Positions 36,741-46,753 of a stretch of DNA of 64,000 nucleotides are shown in pieces (the first letter of the stretch is position 1; each line of letters opens with the position of its first letter). Location of the stretch: IMG/VR virus record IMGVR_UViG_3300046171_000225, positions 64,001 through 128,000 of that record; one strand, given 5' to 3'. A program made the translations under genes and the position numbers. This DNA comes from a virus. The notes under the pieces were generated by a model. That model did no database searches and was not told the DNA's origin. It worked only from the letters and a program-made list of their open reading frames with translations.

Positions 36741-36813
36741 GGATCCTTAGCTCAATTGGCAGAGCTCCGGACTTTTAATCCGTAGGTTCTGGGTTCGAGT
36801 CCCAGAGGATCCA
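36741..36813 (+). tRNA. tRNA-Lys (TTT)
   Basis: GGATCCT/AGGATCC acceptor, loop CTTTTAA. Confidence 0.92.
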
Positions 36814-36836
36814 CTTTTATTTATTAGGATGTCGTC

Positions 36837-37061
36837 ATGAAACAGTATAGAAAAGGTGATCGTTTCGAGGTCTTGAAGAAAGGCGAAGATACGAGCGGCA
36901 GTAAGGTTTCTAAGGGATCTATCGTTGTCATGTACGACATGTCTCTTGGATGCAACCCTCCTCCCAGCAATAGTTTTTATCTGAAGATCAAAGGTGTGAC
37001 AACCGAAGGTCAAATAATTGATTGGCATCTAGACAGCAGATATGTTAAAAAGATTATGTAG
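36837..37061 (+). CDS. Small SH3-like protein
   Basis: YRKGDRFEV. Confidence 0.55.
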   Translation: MKQYRKGDRFEVLKKGEDTSGSKVSKGSIVVMYDMSLGCNPPPSNSFYLKIKGVTTEGQIIDWHLDSRYVKKIM

Positions 37062-37281
37062 GAGATAGAAAATGTCGCTTCAGATATTTTTTTCTTTGGT
37101 CTTGTCTATTGGGTGGTTTACTGTTTGTGTTATTGCAGTTATCGCTCTTGCTAGTATACTTTGGGAATAATAAGGAGGTAGAAAATGTTTGACTGGGCAG
37201 ATTTTTCTGTTTTGATGATCATGATTGCACATTTTGTTGCTTTGGTTCCTTCCTTCTAATTACAGAGGGAGGGAATATTAT

Positions 37282-37797
37282 TTGGTAGCTAAGAGAGAAG
37301 AAATGTACATGTACCAAGCATTGAAGCTAGACGCTTCCTACAGGCCGATTGGCATTGTACCGTCGCTGGATGCCTTGGTTTCTTCTATCGTAGGAAAATC
37401 AACAGTTCTTGAGACCCACGATAAATATATTTCTTCAGCTCGTGCTACATTTGCTTTACCATCAGTGATCGTAATCGACAGGGTTGCGAAGAAAGGAAAA
37501 ACATTTCCTTGCAACAGAAACAATGTCTTTATTAGAGACTGTGGAATTTGTCAGTATTGCAGCAAGAAACTGACTAAAGCAACATGCACTCTTGATCACG
37601 TTATTCCGAGAAGTAAAGGCGGAAACCTATCTTGGGATAATATTGTTTTGTGCTGTATGCCATGCAACCAGAAGAAAGGGTCAAAAACTCTTTCACAAAC
37701 TGGGATGAAACTTTTACGTCAACCCAAGCCTCTGTCCTATAGAGAGTATCTTTTGAACAATCCTCTTGACAGTGAGTCTTGGAAGGACTACATATAG
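37282..37797 (+). CDS. HNH endonuclease (McrA-like)
   Basis: RD..CQYC..TLDHVIPRSKGG..WDNIVLCC..CNQKKG; TTG start after GGAGGG. Confidence 0.88.
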   Translation: MVAKREEMYMYQALKLDASYRPIGIVPSLDALVSSIVGKSTVLETHDKYISSARATFALPSVIVIDRVAKKGKTFPCNRNNVFIRDCGICQYCSKKLTKATCTLDHVIPRSKGGNLSWDNIVLCCMPCNQKKGSKTLSQTGMKLLRQPKPLSYREYLLNNPLDSESWKDYI

Positions 37798-37805
37798 TTT
37801 TATAA

Positions 37806-37882
<77 letters not shown>

Positions 37883-37902
37883 CTTTACAACATGGAGTAG
37901 TC

Positions 37903-38066
37903 ATGACACGCGAAGAAATGATTGATGCTATCGTAAATGATGTAGACAATTGGGATCTAGACAATATTTTTGAATGGATTCAGAACGAGATGCGTGTTAA
38001 ACTCAATGGCCTATCAATTGATGATATTGCCGAAGAGTATTCCATGGTAGCAAGTAACGAACATTA

Positions 38067-38067
<1 letters not shown>
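37903..38067 (+). CDS. 54-aa acidic protein (not in ORF track)
   Basis: GGAG RBS; MTREEMIDAIVNDVDNWDL. Confidence 0.55.
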
Positions 38068-38148
<81 letters not shown>

Positions 38149-38211
38149 TTTTTTTCTTGACAGACTATTTTGGTTTGTTATTTTGAAAGAGCCGAAAGGC
38201 AAGGAGTAATC

Positions 38212-38412
38212 ATGAAGTTCAACAAGAGCAAGACCACAAGTAACTCGGTCTTCAACATTAGCCGCAACACTACCGCCAAGAAGGCTGGTATCAACAACCT
38301 CTCCATCACCACAAAGTCTGAGGACTGGCGTGTCACCGACACAACTGTTCGCATGACTCTCCGTGATGCTCGTGCTCTCAAGCAGTTCTTGAACGAGAAC
38401 CTTACCGACTGA
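38212..38412 (+). CDS. Small basic protein
   Basis: TTGACA promoter at 38157; AAGGAG RBS; C-ending codon bias. Confidence 0.7.
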   Translation: MKFNKSKTTSNSVFNISRNTTAKKAGINNLSITTKSEDWRVTDTTVRMTLRDARALKQFLNENLTD

Positions 38413-38421
38413 GGACGAAAG

Positions 38422-38925
38422 ATGCCTAACGGTCAGAGGAGCCTTGATCCACTCGCGGACATATCGCTCGTGAAAAGAAAGACTATGTCTTTTGGAAATG
38501 AAATTCCACATGGACTTCGAGTAGAAGTTTATTGGAACCATCGCAAGAAAATGTTTTCTGTTCGCACACTAGAAAACTTTTCTCTGCACTTTACAAAAGG
38601 CAAAGTTATCAGGCACCTCTACACCGTTAGGTTATCTGACGTTTCCTTTGTTGTTCAGCAGGCCGGAAGGCAAAAAGAGTTAGAGGAAGGAAGAAGAATT
38701 GTTCATGCTCTCTGTCGAGGCAAGATCGAATATCCTATTCTCGAAAACAAAAATAAGAATATCCCTATTATTGGGGAAGAAGTAATTTACGACCCCAGCG
38801 TTCATTACTCTTTTGTCACACAAAAAACTAAAGAACCAATCTATGAAGCAAAAGGTATTTTCCTTGACACAATGATTGGTGGTGGCGTTGGTGCTTATCC
38901 AAGAATCACACTATATAAATTGTAA
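38422..38925 (+). CDS. Conserved-looking phage hypothetical protein
   Basis: VEVYWN..KKMFSVR..F.VQQAGR..VHA..Y.P pattern. Confidence 0.7.
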   Translation: MPNGQRSLDPLADISLVKRKTMSFGNEIPHGLRVEVYWNHRKKMFSVRTLENFSLHFTKGKVIRHLYTVRLSDVSFVVQQAGRQKELEEGRRIVHALCRGKIEYPILENKNKNIPIIGEEVIYDPSVHYSFVTQKTKEPIYEAKGIFLDTMIGGGVGAYPRITLYKL

Positions 38926-38967
38926 TACAATCACACCCTAGGGTATTATATATTGTGAGGACAACAA

Positions 38968-39102
38968 ATGAAAAAGAAGAAAGCACCAAAGAAAAGAAAT
39001 GTTGTTGTCCTAAACATGATCTCACGACGGCAGAAAGCTGGCCCTCATCCTAACAAGAAGAGGAAAGAGAATAAAAAGGCTTGCCGTGGCAAGGTTACTT
39101 GA
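38968..39102 (+). CDS. 44-aa very basic protein (not in ORF track)
   Basis: MKKKKAPKKRN..KAGPH.NKK..ACRGK; GAGG RBS. Confidence 0.6.
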   Translation: MKKKKAPKKRNVVVLNMISRRQKAGPHPNKKRKENKKACRGKVT

Positions 39103-39135
39103 CTACACTCCGAACGAAACCAATGTGAGGTAGAT

Positions 39136-39864
39136 ATGCTCAAGGCGACTGGCGGAAACTCCAAGCTACGGAAGACCAGCAAGAAGGTGAAGGCATATCT
39201 TGAAGAGCATGGCTCTCTGGATGGTTTCGTTCCACGCAAGGGAGCCTACAGGGTCTTTTCCTTCAACATTCCCGCAGGCGGTTATGAATTGGATGGCAAG
39301 AAATATATTACTTGCCCCGGCGCTGGACCGTGTCTCGATGTATGCTACGCGAGACAAGGCACTTATCTTTTCAAGGGCTCCAAGAAACTCCGTATTGAGA
39401 ACCATCAGACTCTCTTGCGTCTGCGTCGCACCGGAGGCCACGAAGCTGTTGTAGAGGCCCTACAGGGCGTAGTAGATAGCCTTCCAAGGACAACTGCAGT
39501 CTTGCGCCTGCATGACAGCGGTGATTACTTCAAGGTTTGGTATCTCTCTGCTTGGATTGAAGTAGCAAAGAATAACCCGGACATTCTTTTCTATTGCTAC
39601 ACAAAGAGTATTCCTTTCTTTACTGGCTTGGACGAGAATACTCCTTCTAACTTCCGAACAACAAAATCTTATGGTGGCAAGTTTGATCATCTGATCGAAG
39701 GATCTAACTCTAAAATCTTTGAGACAGAGGAAGATAGGATCGACGCAGGGTACATTGATGGTAACGATTCTGATATGCCAGCGATTGTTGGCGAAGAACA
39801 GATTGGGCTTGTCTATCATGGAGTCAAGAAGCCTACAGCAGAAAACTTTGCTGCCCTAGCTTGA
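39136..39864 (+). CDS. Gp88-like protein (radical-SAM-related, CxxAGxCxxxCY)
   Basis: FNIPA..TCPGAGPCLDVCYA, RLHDSGDY, FYCYTKS. Confidence 0.8.
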   Translation: MLKATGGNSKLRKTSKKVKAYLEEHGSLDGFVPRKGAYRVFSFNIPAGGYELDGKKYITCPGAGPCLDVCYARQGTYLFKGSKKLRIENHQTLLRLRRTGGHEAVVEALQGVVDSLPRTTAVLRLHDSGDYFKVWYLSAWIEVAKNNPDILFYCYTKSIPFFTGLDENTPSNFRTTKSYGGKFDHLIEGSNSKIFETEEDRIDAGYIDGNDSDMPAIVGEEQIGLVYHGVKKPTAENFAALA

Positions 39865-39921
39865 CAGGTTCTGGGAACCCTACACCCATTTTATTTGACA
39901 ACCAGACACAACGAGAAAAAG

Positions 39922-40143
39922 ATGCAGAGTAAAGTTATTGCTTCGCTGTCCGCAGAAACCCCAAAAGGACAGATTTATGTAACAGTCAGGCTTTCTCCTG
40001 AAGACAAGACGCCGATTGTTACCATAGATACTCCTGACTGGGACGAGCTCTATGATGAGGACGGACCTGGGTTGCGCCTTTGGTTGAATGATTTTCTTCT
40101 TCACGAAGGAGTAGAGCTTCCTTCCCGACGTGTCTGCGGCTAA
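39922..40143 (+). CDS. Hypothetical protein
   Basis: ORF; GPGLRLWLND motif. Confidence 0.55.
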   Translation: MQSKVIASLSAETPKGQIYVTVRLSPEDKTPIVTIDTPDWDELYDEDGPGLRLWLNDFLLHEGVELPSRRVCG

Positions 40144-40169
40144 TATCTAAAAACTGTAGGAGTGTTCAA

Positions 40170-40478
40170 ATGAATTTTAGCACACACAATGATGGCCGTG
40201 TCAACATAAATGGAACGTCGCTTCAAGGGTATCTTGAAGCCGACTACCAGACGCTGAAGGCTGCGTTTGGAGAGCCGATGCAGTGTGGTGGTCCCAAGGT
40301 CAAGTGGGAATGGTGTCTCCAGTTTGAAGACGAGGAAATTGCTACGGTCTATGACTGGAAGAACTATCACCTATCGGAGCCAGAGCAGGTTGTGACTTGG
40401 CATATTGGTGGATTCAACAGGAATATCTTTGAAAGAGTAAAGAAGATTATTGCTGACGTTCAAAAGCAGACAGTTTGA
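40170..40478 (+). CDS. Conserved phage hypothetical protein
   Basis: TSLQGY..Y..L..FGEP..KV.WEW..ATVYDWK..WHIGG. Confidence 0.75.
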   Translation: MNFSTHNDGRVNINGTSLQGYLEADYQTLKAAFGEPMQCGGPKVKWEWCLQFEDEEIATVYDWKNYHLSEPEQVVTWHIGGFNRNIFERVKKIIADVQKQTV

Positions 40479-40612
40479 TCTTTGGAGAGAAAATGCTTGA
40501 GTACGAAGAAGGAATTATTTATGCTACGATCATAGTAAATAGCATGATCTATGCTGGTGCTCTGATTACTTTCTTTCTCGCACCAGAGTTATTAGCACAC
40601 TAGGACAGTAGA

Positions 40613-40846
40613 ATGTTTCATTATCTCCGGCCTTCGGAAATAGAAGTGTGGCAGAAGGTTCAACACTTCAGGGCAAATGAAGTAAGTTGGGATAGAGAGA
40701 AGAAATACTTTCTTGTTTGGGCGGATACTGACTCGCCCGAAAGCCTAACGGAAAATGCCAGTTGGAGAGACGAACATTACCGTGGCTGGATCGACAGAGA
40801 CTTCCAGTATGTGTTGGACACTATGAATTTGCTTGACGGACGATAG
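40613..40846 (+). CDS. Hypothetical protein
   Basis: AGGA RBS. Confidence 0.55.
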   Translation: MFHYLRPSEIEVWQKVQHFRANEVSWDREKKYFLVWADTDSPESLTENASWRDEHYRGWIDRDFQYVLDTMNLLDGR

Positions 40847-40886
40847 CCTAGTGATTAGGTTATCGTCCTAACTCGTTGGAGGGCCT

Positions 40887-41099
40887 ATGCTGATTGATAA
40901 GCTGCTGTTACTCATCCTTGTCTTCTTTGGGGGTCTTATCTCCTGTGCTTCCTCTGACTCTGACGAGCAGGAAAGATTTGTAAAGGTCTACGAACAGGCT
41001 GCATGGGTGGTTTGGAAGGATACAGTGTCGGGTCAATGTCATGCCCAGTACGATAGGGATCGCGCTGCTGCTGTTGTTCAAAACGTGCCATGCCAGTGA
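40887..41099 (+). CDS. Small lipoprotein
   Basis: Signal peptide with LISC lipobox. Confidence 0.6.
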   Translation: MLIDKLLLLILVFFGGLISCASSDSDEQERFVKVYEQAAWVVWKDTVSGQCHAQYDRDRAAAVVQNVPCQ

Positions 41100-41151
41100 T
41101 GAAGAATAATGGTTGTGGTTGAGAAAAGAACGATCATTTGTGAGGGAAGAA

Positions 41152-41307
41152 ATGTTTGAGACTTTCATTGGCATTTTCTTTATGTTGGTTCTGATTGCGG
41201 GATTCTTTTCTCTTATGGGATTTATTTTCCGTAACCTAGTCGGAATCATCTTTGCCACCGTGGTCATCGGCGTCTTCTTCCTGTCCATGGGTGGTTCGAC
41301 TCTATGA
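41152..41307 (+). CDS. Small two-TM protein
   Basis: Almost entirely hydrophobic. Confidence 0.55.
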   Translation: MFETFIGIFFMLVLIAGFFSLMGFIFRNLVGIIFATVVIGVFFLSMGGSTL

Positions 41308-41309
41308 AA

Positions 41310-41359
41310 AAACCTCCTTGACACAAAACGACAAATTGTTAGTAGTGTCAGGGAGGTTT
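41310..41359 (+). promoter_or_regulatory. TTGACA promoter in a 15-bp RBS-occluding hairpin
   Basis: AAACCTCCTTGACAC / GTGTCAGGGAGGTTT; ATG at 41363. Confidence 0.7.
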
Positions 41360-41362
41360 ATT

Positions 41363-41524
41363 ATGGAACACAACATTGAATTGATCGAGGAAGAAAGAGA
41401 GTCTATTTTATCTTTTGCAGGTTATTTTTTAGACAACGAGGCTCTTTGTATAGGTGATAGCACAGATGATGGAACACCAATACCTGATTGGGCGTTTTCA
41501 GATTTTGAGTTGACGCCAGCTTGA
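41363..41524 (+). CDS. Small acidic protein
   Basis: GGAGG RBS. Confidence 0.55.
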   Translation: MEHNIELIEEERESILSFAGYFLDNEALCIGDSTDDGTPIPDWAFSDFELTPA

Positions 41525-41567
41525 TATATGATTAGGCGATCCGTGAAACCACAGCAGGAGTGTTCAA

Positions 41568-41978
41568 ATGAACTACGACGAGATGAAGAAGAAGAACACC
41601 GAGATTTTGTTGGCGAAGCTAAAAGACTTGGGTGTTACTCGCGCAGAAGTGTTGTATTCTGGTGGTGGCGACTCGGGTGATTTTACGGATCCCTGTTTGT
41701 TTACTTCGGAAGGTCCGTGTGATGATCCTATTTTCAAGCAGATTGTTGTTCAATACAGCAGGTATTTCAATGAAAGTTGGGAGATTGGAGAAAAAGATGT
41801 GGGCCTCGAAGAAGCCTTCATGGACTATGCAGAGTCAATCCTAGAGCGGCATCACCCCGGCTGGGAAATCAATGAAGGAAGTAATGGAACCATGAATTTT
41901 TCTTTTGAAGAAATGAAAGTTACCATTGACCACACCTACCATGAACCAGTTTCAGACTGGGATACTTACGCCCTATGA
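41568..41978 (+). CDS. DUF6878-like protein
   Basis: YSGGGDSG..GWEINEGSNG. Confidence 0.7.
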   Translation: MNYDEMKKKNTEILLAKLKDLGVTRAEVLYSGGGDSGDFTDPCLFTSEGPCDDPIFKQIVVQYSRYFNESWEIGEKDVGLEEAFMDYAESILERHHPGWEINEGSNGTMNFSFEEMKVTIDHTYHEPVSDWDTYAL

Positions 41979-42412
41979 GCGAAGCAAAGTTTCTTTTCGA
42001 GGTGGAGCAGGAAGTATCTGATCTCCCAGAAGGATACTTTCGTTATGCTAGTGAAGCATGGGCTTCTTTCGTGCTTCCAAAGAAACTTCTTCCTCTCATT
42101 CAAAAGATGTGTGAGGGGATTGAAGAACCAAGGATTACTTATGAGGTCCGGAAAATAAAAGCTGGACAACACTTTAGCCATGGCCGTTGGCACACTGATG
42201 GGAAAAAAGAAGGAGACGAGACACACCGTCTTCTTACCATCGGAGGAAAACCAACGGAGGGGCATGGTGGAAAGATTCTTCATGCCGGAATGGTATGGGA
42301 ATACGATGGAGCCTACCGTCATCGGGCAGTCCCAACAGACAAGGACTGCAAAAGATTCCTACTACGTGTGAGCAGAACGTCTATGCCTTATCGGAACCGT
42401 TGGGTCCGGTAG
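41975..42412 (+). CDS. 2OG-Fe(II) dioxygenase-like protein
   Basis: WHTD..HRA..R.LLRV. Confidence 0.55.
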   Translation: MSEAKFLFEVEQEVSDLPEGYFRYASEAWASFVLPKKLLPLIQKMCEGIEEPRITYEVRKIKAGQHFSHGRWHTDGKKEGDETHRLLTIGGKPTEGHGGKILHAGMVWEYDGAYRHRAVPTDKDCKRFLLRVSRTSMPYRNRWVR

Positions 42413-42484
42413 GGTATTCTTTCTTTGTAGAAAGGTTGACACCTTCTCCCGATGTGACTACGACATTTGTAGCCGGGAGGAATC

Positions 42485-42715
42485 ATGGGCTGGTTCGGTT
42501 CTGTTAGTGCAATTTTGAACTACCTGCGGGTTGTCAACGCAGACCGCGACGAGGAAGGAAACTTTCTTATCGCTGGAGAAAACATTTCTACTGGCTTCGG
42601 AGGACAAGATGCTGTTGTCTCCGAGAAGACAGTTTATTTTGTCGATGGCCAAGAAAAGAATCTTGCTCATGGTCTGAACGGCATGAGTCAGGGCCTTGCA
42701 GCAAAAGTATTCTGA
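42485..42715 (+). CDS. Hypothetical protein
   Basis: TTGACA at 42436; GGAGG RBS. Confidence 0.6.
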   Translation: MGWFGSVSAILNYLRVVNADRDEEGNFLIAGENISTGFGGQDAVVSEKTVYFVDGQEKNLAHGLNGMSQGLAAKVF

Positions 42716-42728
42716 AAGGGGAAAGAAA

Positions 42729-42986
42729 ATGTTTATTGACCACGAGATTTTTGATGATGGTACAGAGATCGAGCAGCATCGTACAGACGAGCGAGGAGCG
42801 ATTCTTTGGTCCTTTGCCAACGGAGACTATAAGCTCCAGCTTCTAGTCAATGATGAAATGGGGTATAGACTTACCACCAAGGGCTACTGCCGTCGCACCA
42901 AAGACCTAGAGCTCTTGAAGGGCGAGCGCGAGCGTTGGATGGAGTTGGGCAGCACCATCGACCGGTGGGCGGAGAAAACTATTTGA
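42729..42986 (+). CDS. Hypothetical protein
   Basis: ORF with RBS. Confidence 0.55.
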   Translation: MFIDHEIFDDGTEIEQHRTDERGAILWSFANGDYKLQLLVNDEMGYRLTTKGYCRRTKDLELLKGERERWMELGSTIDRWAEKTI

Positions 42987-43026
42987 AGGCCCGACATTCA
43001 GCGCCAATTTTTTCACAGGAGGGAAC

Positions 43027-43209
43027 ATGGAAAAGGTTTGGGACTACGAATGTTTTGATGAAACGATTAGCTTCGCAGAAAGTTTGGGTTGGGTTGACCC
43101 TCTAGGCGATGATGCTACCCCCAACCTCATCGACGAAACAGAGGGCGATGCTCTCAATTTTATCCAAGCAAAAGGATATGCTATCCGTGTTGACGGAGAA
43201 ATCCTATGA
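43027..43209 (+). CDS. Small acidic protein
   Basis: AGGAGG RBS. Confidence 0.6.
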   Translation: MEKVWDYECFDETISFAESLGWVDPLGDDATPNLIDETEGDALNFIQAKGYAIRVDGEIL

Positions 43210-43379
43210 CGTACAAAGAATTATTTGAAAGGTTGAAGAATCTTACTCCAACCCAGTTTGAACAAAACGTAACGATCTACGTGGCGGACCTAGACGAGTA
43301 CCACCCTGCTTGGCAGGTTGGCGTTGCAGACGAGGAACAATCTGTTCTTGACGAAGACCATATCTTTTTGACAGTCTAA
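43206..43379 (+). CDS. 57-aa phage protein (not in ORF track)
   Basis: MTYKEL..L..LT..Q..QNVTIY..DEY..VLD.DH..LTV. Confidence 0.6.
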   Translation: MTYKELFERLKNLTPTQFEQNVTIYVADLDEYHPAWQVGVADEEQSVLDEDHIFLTV

Positions 43380-43420
43380 ACTGACTACGATACATTACGA
43401 ACACAACAGAGGAGAGGACA

Positions 43421-43780
43421 ATGGGTATCCGTTCAGAAGTAGCTTTCGCAGCCAAGCCAAACGTAGTAAATAACCTTACGACAGAGTCTCGTGCGACCCT
43501 TCTTCGTTACTTTGGAGAGCCTACGGAAACTACGGACGAAGGAACGCTATGGTTCGTTGAAGGTATTAAGTGGTATAGTACGGCCTATGACGACCTTATT
43601 GCGCTCTATAAAGACCTTGGTGAAAACCATGCCTTTGATCAAGTTGATTATTTTCTTATTGAAGCCTGCTACGATTATCCCGAACATGGAAGTGAGGCGG
43701 ATATTGGGGAATGGTACGATAATCCTTGGGGAGTAACAAAGAATATCAGCGTTAGTGTGGATTTTGAATTGACAGTCTAG
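43421..43780 (+). CDS. Conserved-looking phage protein
   Basis: MGIRSEV..IKWY..Y motif. Confidence 0.7.
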   Translation: MGIRSEVAFAAKPNVVNNLTTESRATLLRYFGEPTETTDEGTLWFVEGIKWYSTAYDDLIALYKDLGENHAFDQVDYFLIEACYDYPEHGSEADIGEWYDNPWGVTKNISVSVDFELTV

Positions 43781-43796
43781 CTAAAGGAAAAAAATC

Positions 43797-44003
43797 ATGT
43801 TCCCAGAAAATTTCTTTGACAAGGTCAAGTATTTTGAAGACAACCCCAATAGGTGGAACGGTGGGTCGTCTAGTGAGGTTTACCTCATGCTAGAGGGGTA
43901 TTGCCAAGACCTATGGGAGATGCACTACAAGGGATGGACAAGGGAACACCTCAAGCAGATGATTGTTATCCTTGACGGCGAGATTGATGAAGGCTACGAG
44001 TGA
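43797..44003 (+). CDS. Hypothetical protein
   Basis: AAGGA RBS. Confidence 0.55.
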   Translation: MFPENFFDKVKYFEDNPNRWNGGSSSEVYLMLEGYCQDLWEMHYKGWTREHLKQMIVILDGEIDEGYE

Positions 44004-44030
44004 TAGAGAAATAATTTGTAGGAGCCAGCC

Positions 44031-44438
44031 ATGGATGAACCAGTAAACCTTGTGACCTTTCCCGAGCCCACAGAGCACCAGACCATGTTGTGGTCCACGG
44101 GGGAGAAGAGATACCAACTAAAAGCTCGTGCCAGCTACCATAGGGGAGCGGCTGTCACGGTAGGCGACCTAAAGGTTCATCCAAACTTCCGAGAAACAGA
44201 AAAAGTTTTCACCGAAGGAGTAAAGATTCCGGTGACGTGGGAACATATTTCTCGGGCGGTTGAAGAAAAAGAAAAGTGGGAAAGGTTTGAAGAGTATTGT
44301 TTGGTCGACAATATTTTTTATATCGGAGAGGATGGAAAAAAGATAATTGGTACCGTCCAAAGAAATCATCGAAAGACCTACTACCAGCCAGACCGTATGG
44401 GCTATCCAGTGGCAGTTCTTACGGATGAGGATGAATAA
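44031..44438 (+). CDS. Hypothetical protein
   Basis: AGGAG RBS; followed by a terminator-like hairpin near 44466-44500. Confidence 0.6.
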   Translation: MDEPVNLVTFPEPTEHQTMLWSTGEKRYQLKARASYHRGAAVTVGDLKVHPNFRETEKVFTEGVKIPVTWEHISRAVEEKEKWERFEEYCLVDNIFYIGEDGKKIIGTVQRNHRKTYYQPDRMGYPVAVLTDEDE

Positions 44439-44559
44439 ATCTTTCTCTACAACCAAAAGAAAATAACCCTCTAACCCAGTACGGGAAGGAGGGTTTTTTT
44501 GTGGACACTCTAAAGACAACGGAATAGGCCCTTGGTGAACCTCAAATTGGAGTGGCACC

Positions 44560-44787
44560 ATGCAAAGATTGATAGATGCTATTCGGAATGATGAATTGGT
44601 TGGCCGTGGTACGTGTAGCTCCATTGACGAGTGCTACGACGACATAGACTTGGTTGATTCTCTCAACGAGGAAGACATCACCACACCCGAAGGTGCGGTG
44701 AAATGGGCAAGGGAACGAGAAGGTCTTTGGCAGGAGAAAGGAAGCAACGCTCGTTGGGGCGAAGACAACGATCTTTTCTACTTCTAG
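44560..44787 (+). CDS. Hypothetical phage protein
   Basis: IRND.LVGRGTCSSIDEC motif; GGAG RBS. Confidence 0.65.
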   Translation: MQRLIDAIRNDELVGRGTCSSIDECYDDIDLVDSLNEEDITTPEGAVKWAREREGLWQEKGSNARWGEDNDLFYF

Positions 44788-44809
44788 GAAAATCTTTTTT
44801 GGAGGCACC

Positions 44810-45178
44810 ATGGAAAGGAAATCATGCGAGCAGTGTGGTCAAGTTTACTTCTCCGCCTACGCCAGAAGTACAAGGTGCTACCCTTGCTTCTCCGGCAGGG
44901 ACTCTCATGCAGTGCAGGCTACCCGCGCTCTACAAGGATGGGCAACCAACCTTGAGAGAAAGGTCGTCCATCTTGAGTTTCAGATGCGAGCTATGGAACA
45001 CACGATACACTCTTTGCGTTCGGATGCCCGCACCAAGACAGGGAAGATGCCAGGAGGAGACCACAAGAAGATTCTTCGCCAGGTCCATCCAGACAGAACG
45101 GCGGCTCTCTTGAAGGACGAAGAAAAACTACGGTCTGTCTTGACCATGGCTTTCACCCACATCAACGGAAATAGTTGA
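44810..45178 (+). CDS. Zn-ribbon + coiled coil + J-domain-like (HPD) protein
   Basis: CEQC/CYPC; KKILRQVHPDR..AF.HIN. Confidence 0.6.
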   Translation: MERKSCEQCGQVYFSAYARSTRCYPCFSGRDSHAVQATRALQGWATNLERKVVHLEFQMRAMEHTIHSLRSDARTKTGKMPGGDHKKILRQVHPDRTAALLKDEEKLRSVLTMAFTHINGNS

Positions 45179-45193
45179 GGAGGAAAAAGAAAA

Positions 45194-45469
45194 ATGATTC
45201 CAAAGACGAAAGACGAAATCTATTGGGCTATCAAAGCAAAATTGGATTCAGCTATGCGCCAGTGGAAGAAGCCAGAGAGCTCCAGCATGGCAGACGTCTT
45301 CCTCCACATCCATGCAGCACAGAAGGCCCTAGCCGAGCATGAGCCCGAGGAACAAGAAAAGGAAAACCCACTAGGGGCATACCCTAGCTACGCTCGGTAC
45401 ACCCACGCTGAATGGTACAGACGCCACCAGCACAAGACGGTTGTTGAGGAGGTGAAGGATGAAGCATAA
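45194..45469 (+). CDS. Hypothetical protein
   Basis: GAGGAGG RBS. Confidence 0.55.
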   Translation: MIPKTKDEIYWAIKAKLDSAMRQWKKPESSSMADVFLHIHAAQKALAEHEPEEQEKENPLGAYPSYARYTHAEWYRRHQHKTVVEEVKDEA

Positions 45470-45659
45470 GGACCACCACTATTGGGAAGGAGACGGTAAG
45501 CCCCAGAGAGAGCGTACCGTCAGTGCAACCAACATGCCTGACGAGTTCTAGACGCCTACTTGGCTGGTCGTTTCTCGTTCGAGGAAGCCTACGCTCTTTA
45601 CCCCGGACCAGATATTTATTCCTACGAAGTGAAAGAAGAAATCGGTGAGGAGGTGAAGA

Positions 45660-45980
45660 ATGAAAAATAAAGAGTGGTGGGAAGAAGAAGACTACAACTG
45701 GGAAGAAGACTACAACTGGGGAGGTACAGAAGACAACCCGTGGGAGAGAGACCTCGCAAAAAGCCTTCTTGACCGAGCATGGAATTCCAAGGGAATGATA
45801 GCAAGTATTATTACCCACCATGGGGTAGAAGAAAGAACCGTAGTAGGAAGGAATGGATTCTACTCTTGGGGAGAAGAAATTATTCTTACACTGGACAGAC
45901 CTCTGATGGGAAGGACCAGTAATACCTACACGGTAGACAGAACCAACGTAGGTAGCGTGAGCTTCCACAAGCCCAAGTGA
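45660..45980 (+). CDS. Hypothetical protein with 18-nt tandem duplication (45684-45719)
   Basis: GGAGG RBS; GAAGAAGACTACAACTGG x2. Confidence 0.6.
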   Translation: MKNKEWWEEEDYNWEEDYNWGGTEDNPWERDLAKSLLDRAWNSKGMIASIITHHGVEERTVVGRNGFYSWGEEIILTLDRPLMGRTSNTYTVDRTNVGSVSFHKPK

Positions 45981-46047
45981 GGGGTGTGGGATGGAGTGGT
46001 GGAGAGTGGGTGAATGTGGGGTGAAGTGGGAAGAAGGGGTAGGTGGG
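45981..46047 (+). other. C-free intergenic G-tract cluster (G-quadruplex potential)
   Basis: Seven GGG/GGGG runs in 67 nt. Confidence 0.7.
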
Positions 46048-46183
46048 TCTAGTCCAAGAAAAAGAAAAGACGAGGGAGCATAGAAATTAGCTCAACCTCG
46101 CCAGAAAGGGAAATGTGTCAGGTACGGAGTAAATAGTTCTCCGTTGGAGAAAAAGAATATCTTTTCGAGGAGTGGAGGAATAA

Positions 46184-46414
46184 ATGCTGGTAGAACGAAA
46201 AGGAAAGGAATTCGGAGAGAAAATGTTTCTGGATTGGTTCTTTGAAGGACAAAAAGAAGCTGCTCTAGTAGAAGTTTTCCTCCAGGCACAAAAAGAAACT
46301 TCTTCTCTACAGCAGAAAGAAAAGAAACCCTTCATTGATGCGTTCGAGAAGGGTTGGGAAGGAGCACGAGCACAGGTCTTCTGCATCTTTCCAGAACCAG
46401 CAGGAGAGGCATAG
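46184..46414 (+). CDS. Hypothetical protein
   Basis: GGAGGA RBS. Confidence 0.55.
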   Translation: MLVERKGKEFGEKMFLDWFFEGQKEAALVEVFLQAQKETSSLQQKEKKPFIDAFEKGWEGARAQVFCIFPEPAGEA

Positions 46415-46486
46415 ATAATTCTTTGCTCCCTCTACAGGAATCCGATAGCCATCATGGGCACACACTCTCTCTACACGAGGTGAAAC

Positions 46487-46753
46487 ATGGAAGACGAGAA
46501 GAACCTGCTACTGGTCCCCAACTACATCATGGAAGGCTACAGAACCTATTTTGATTTGGACGGGAAGCAGAAAATGTTGTCTCACGAGGATGCAATTATC
46601 TTTTTCTTGAAGTCCGAAGCCTTTTGGCTTGGTGTCAACACTCCCGAGCTTCACTCATGGGGGATGCAGCGCAGCGACGGAAAGAGTTTCTTTGCCCTCG
46701 TCGTCAAGAACGGCACCATCCCAACCTACGCAGCCAAGAAGGAGGTAGCATGA
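46487..46753 (+). CDS. Hypothetical protein
   Basis: GAGG RBS. Confidence 0.6.
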   Translation: MEDEKNLLLVPNYIMEGYRTYFDLDGKQKMLSHEDAIIFFLKSEAFWLGVNTPELHSWGMQRSDGKSFFALVVKNGTIPTYAAKKEVA

